64,000 nt of DNA from Macrostomum lignano (Eukaryota), in NCBI GenBank assembly GCA_002269645.1, contig NIVC01000404.1, forward strand, positions 124,001 through 188,000. The letters run 5' to 3'. The translations under genes and the position numbers were made by a program. Under the pieces are notes generated by a model, which was not told where the DNA came from, made no database searches, and was given only the letters and a program-made list of their open reading frames with translations. Shown here piece by piece: positions 58,015 to 64,000 of the stretch (the first letter of the stretch is position 1; every line of letters starts with the position of its first letter).

Positions 58015-59511
58015 TTATGAAAATTCACTCACGAACAGGCGGCCTCTGCTGTCGACGGCCACATCATATGGAAATTTAAACTGTTGGAGGTCGGAACGCT
58101 GAGTCGGGAAGGAGGCGACCAGCTGCTGGGTGTCGATGCGCACTCTGTGCACCTGATCGTGCTCCCAGTCTGTCACCAGAATGCAGTTGTCGTGAGTCGC
58201 CAGGTTGCCCAGTCGAGCACGAGGAAGCTGAGACAGCGTGATGACCGTCTCCATCTGCCAAGTCGCTTTGCTGAATGCAGCAATTTTGTTTCCACTGGAC
58301 ACAAACACGGAGGCTGCGTTGCCGCCGATTCCCCTGATGTCACCGAAGCCCTCAATGTGTGGGCGGACTCGACGCACCGCGCGACCGCTCAGGTCCGTCA
58401 CTGTCACTGCGTCAGGCTGAGCAATGAACAGCAGCTGACGGTCGCAGTGAAGGCCACAGATGCGCTGCTTCCAGTCGATGTCGCAGTGGCACCGCAGCTT
58501 CTGTGAACCGTCCACAGACAGCAGCAGTAGGTGATCCTTGTTACTAAAGCAAAGGAATGATGCAATGATGCTGGGCTAAGGCAGAGCCTTGCTGCAATCT
58601 ACCGCTGAGTCGGCGGGAACCACACGGCCTGAGCGGTCACCAACGAATCCGCTGGTGTCGCTGCACACAGCAAGGCAATCAACGAGGCCATCCAGCTTCA
58701 CCTTGTGACTGAATACCATCGGCTCTTTCATTCTCTCTCTCTCAGCAGCAGCTATTTCTCTGTCTATCTCCTCGGATGTGGCGGTCACCGCAGCGTCTCT
58801 CAACCAGTCACCCTGATCTTCACTGCGTCCCGCACAAATGCCGACCAGCCGCTCGAGCTGGCCCAGAAGCCGCACCTGCAGCTCCTCATTGTCGCTCTGG
58901 TCTCTGAGCAGGCGCTCTGACCTCTCAAAGTCGGCCTCCAAGTCTCCAAGCGATTTGTGCATGGACTGGACCAGGCGAAGCAGCTCCGCCATGTCGCCTG
59001 CAGCCTCCGCCGTGGCCACCTCCTGCTTGTAGCTGGAGACGTCCTCGAGGTCCCGCTCGCACACACGCACTGCCTCAAGCACACCTGAGAGCTGGCCCGT
59101 CACCCTGCTACGAAACGAGTCGATGTGTTGCTGTACCAAATCGAATTTGTGATTGACCTCTTGCAGCTGCTGTTGGATGTCGAGAGCGAGACGACGCAGC
59201 GACTCAGCGTCTTGTCTTGGTCGCAGCAGCGCTGCACGGCTAGCTGCACCTTCTGCGCCTTGCGACTCTTGTGAATCTTGTGACTCTTGTGACTCTTGTG
59301 GCTCTTGTGAGTAGGCACGCAGCAGCTCTTCGACCTCCTCCTTGAGCTTGAATAGATTGGCCACATCGACACTGAGGTGTTGACTGCACATGTGGCAGCG
59401 GGAGAACGGAGCCACACCGACTGCAGCTTGGTCGCAGATGATGCAGAGAGGAGTTGGGGTAGCGGGAGGCGCGTCCGAACTCGAGCTGTCACTGGAGTCT
59501 TCAAGACTCAT
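58015..59511 (-). CDS. Zn-finger / coiled-coil / beta-propeller (NHL) protein, TRIM-NHL-like. Probable exons 59511-58603 and 58536-58015; 3' end uncertain
   Basis: CIIC..RCHMC zinc motif, long coiled coil, then propeller-like blades ending in an NHL repeat FKFPYDVAVDSRGRLFVSEFS. A 66-nt phase-0 GT-AG intron joins the two ORFs. Confidence 0.7.
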
Positions 59512-59647
59512 TGTTGGATTTTCTGTGAGGAGATGACTCACCAGTCAAATGCAATCAGTTATGCTATCCACAATTTCAGTGCTCAGTCAGGCAGCTCTTA
59601 GCAGCTATTATATAGCCTTGTATTCACAACACAATTTTTGTTTCACT

Positions 59648-59661
59648 GTTGCCATGGAAAC
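59648..59661. promoter_or_regulatory. RFX X-box GTTGCCATGGAAAC
   Basis: Full match to the established X-box consensus, 137 bp upstream of the ATG at 59511. Confidence 0.55.
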
Positions 59662-60434
59662 CAACACAGAGTCAGTGTGTGCCTGCCTTAATAGCAGCCC
59701 GCTACCCAAGGCCCAGTGGAAATGTTTTCTTCTAGAAGACAAGATAATCAGAATTAAAATGTGTAGCTTTGAATTGAAAAATTCCAATCTCTCAGAATGC
59801 AGTTATTACAAAATTGCCATTTTAAAATACTTTTTAAACCATATTGGATCCAGCAAACTAAAGGCACTTTAAGTTTATCAGTGAGTGACAGTTGTTTTAC
59901 AATGTCTTTTCATGGTATATTATGTATTTTGATATGTATATATTTGATGTTAACTGAGTGTAAGTCAAAAATCGCTGCTAACAAGGCGCATGGTGCTACT
60001 ACAGTATTCGATTAGCGATGATCAAAGGTGTGAATAGAGTATGCTAGCCACTATTAGGTGAACTCATCATAGTCTCAAAGTCGGTCAGGCTGCTGCGAGG
60101 TACTCCGTGATGCAGAAGTCGGAATCTGCACATCCTGACTGACGCTCTAGGAGCTCCACTGCTTGCGAGGTGCTCTGGAAGGTCGGCGGGTTGAGGAGAG
60201 AAATTCTGGAATGACCCGCAATTCTAGCCAATCAGCGAGCAGCGGAGGCTAGATAGATAGCCAACCACAATTCCCTTTGGATCACGTCCCCAGCCAGCCA
60301 ATCAGCGAGCAGCGGGGGATAGAAAGATAGCCAACAACGATTCCCATTGATCTCGTCCCTTGGATCAGTGGGCAAGAGGGGGTAGATACCCAATAATCGC
60401 CCAGCCAGCCAATCAGTGCTGACCAAACTTTCAC

Positions 60435-63664
<3,230 letters not shown>

Positions 63665-63671
63665 CTGGCGA

Positions 63672-64000
63672 GGAGGATTAGAGATTAAGGATTAAGGATT
63701 AGGGATAAAGGATTAGGGATTAGGGATTAGGGATTAGGGTATAGGGATTAGAGATTAAGTATTAGGGCATAGGGATTAGGGATTAGGGAATAGGGTATAT
63801 GGATTAAAGACTAGGGTATAGGGATTAGGGATTAGAGATTAGGGTATAGGGGTTAGGGATTAGAAATTAGGGTATAGGGATTAGGGATTAGAAATTAGGG
63901 TATAGGGATTAGGGATTAGAGATTAGGGTAAAGGGATTAGGGATTAAGGATTAGGGTAAAGGGATTAGGGATTAAGGATTAGGGTAAAGGGGTTAGGGAT
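63672..64000. repeat. 7-bp telomere-like repeat (TTAGGGA)n, intronic, runs off the window end
   Basis: Degenerate GGGATTA periodicity. Confidence 0.9.

Noticed and set aside
60050-60434. Exact last exon of the Hv-like gene
   Set aside because: Two frames look plausible after the TTCCAG acceptor at ~60210, and the more protein-like one is not phase-compatible with the donor at 60435; left unresolved.

Overview
Eukaryotic, animal (invertebrate) genomic DNA. It has spliceosomal GT-AG introns, GC-rich exons, AT-rich spacers and a different tandem minisatellite in almost every intron and intergenic gap. This style suggests a Macrostomum-type flatworm (inference, not verified). Recognisable genes: IFT20 (-), RO60/TROVE2 (+, with a frameshifting deletion in the vWA domain), peroxisomal hydroxyacid oxidase HAO (+, ends in SKL), NCOA5 (+), glyoxalase I GLO1 (+), and the 3' part of an Hv1/HVCN1-like proton channel (-) whose S4 lacks the first gating Arg. 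Less ordinary coding regions: a tandem pair of small IER/SERTA-like paralogues sharing a Cys/His motif, a caspase-fold protein lacking both catalytic residues, a single-exon reduced glypican-like protein, a Zn-finger/coiled-coil/NHL protein, a Crypton-like fragment, and a spliced MULE transposase fused to SWIM, Ulp1 protease and PHD domains with three single-base homopolymer frameshifts. Mobile DNA: a tRNA-derived SINE family, a hAT-type MITE, a Merlin-like MITE, two foldback elements, and two related P-type MITEs with perfect 8-bp TSDs. One of the P-type MITEs carries a 64-nt 28S rDNA fragment centred on the R2/I-PpoI target site, with that cut site scrambled. Kilobase-scale CpG-free tracts alternate with CpG-retaining patches. 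All alignments to known families were made from memory and by eye; no database search was run.
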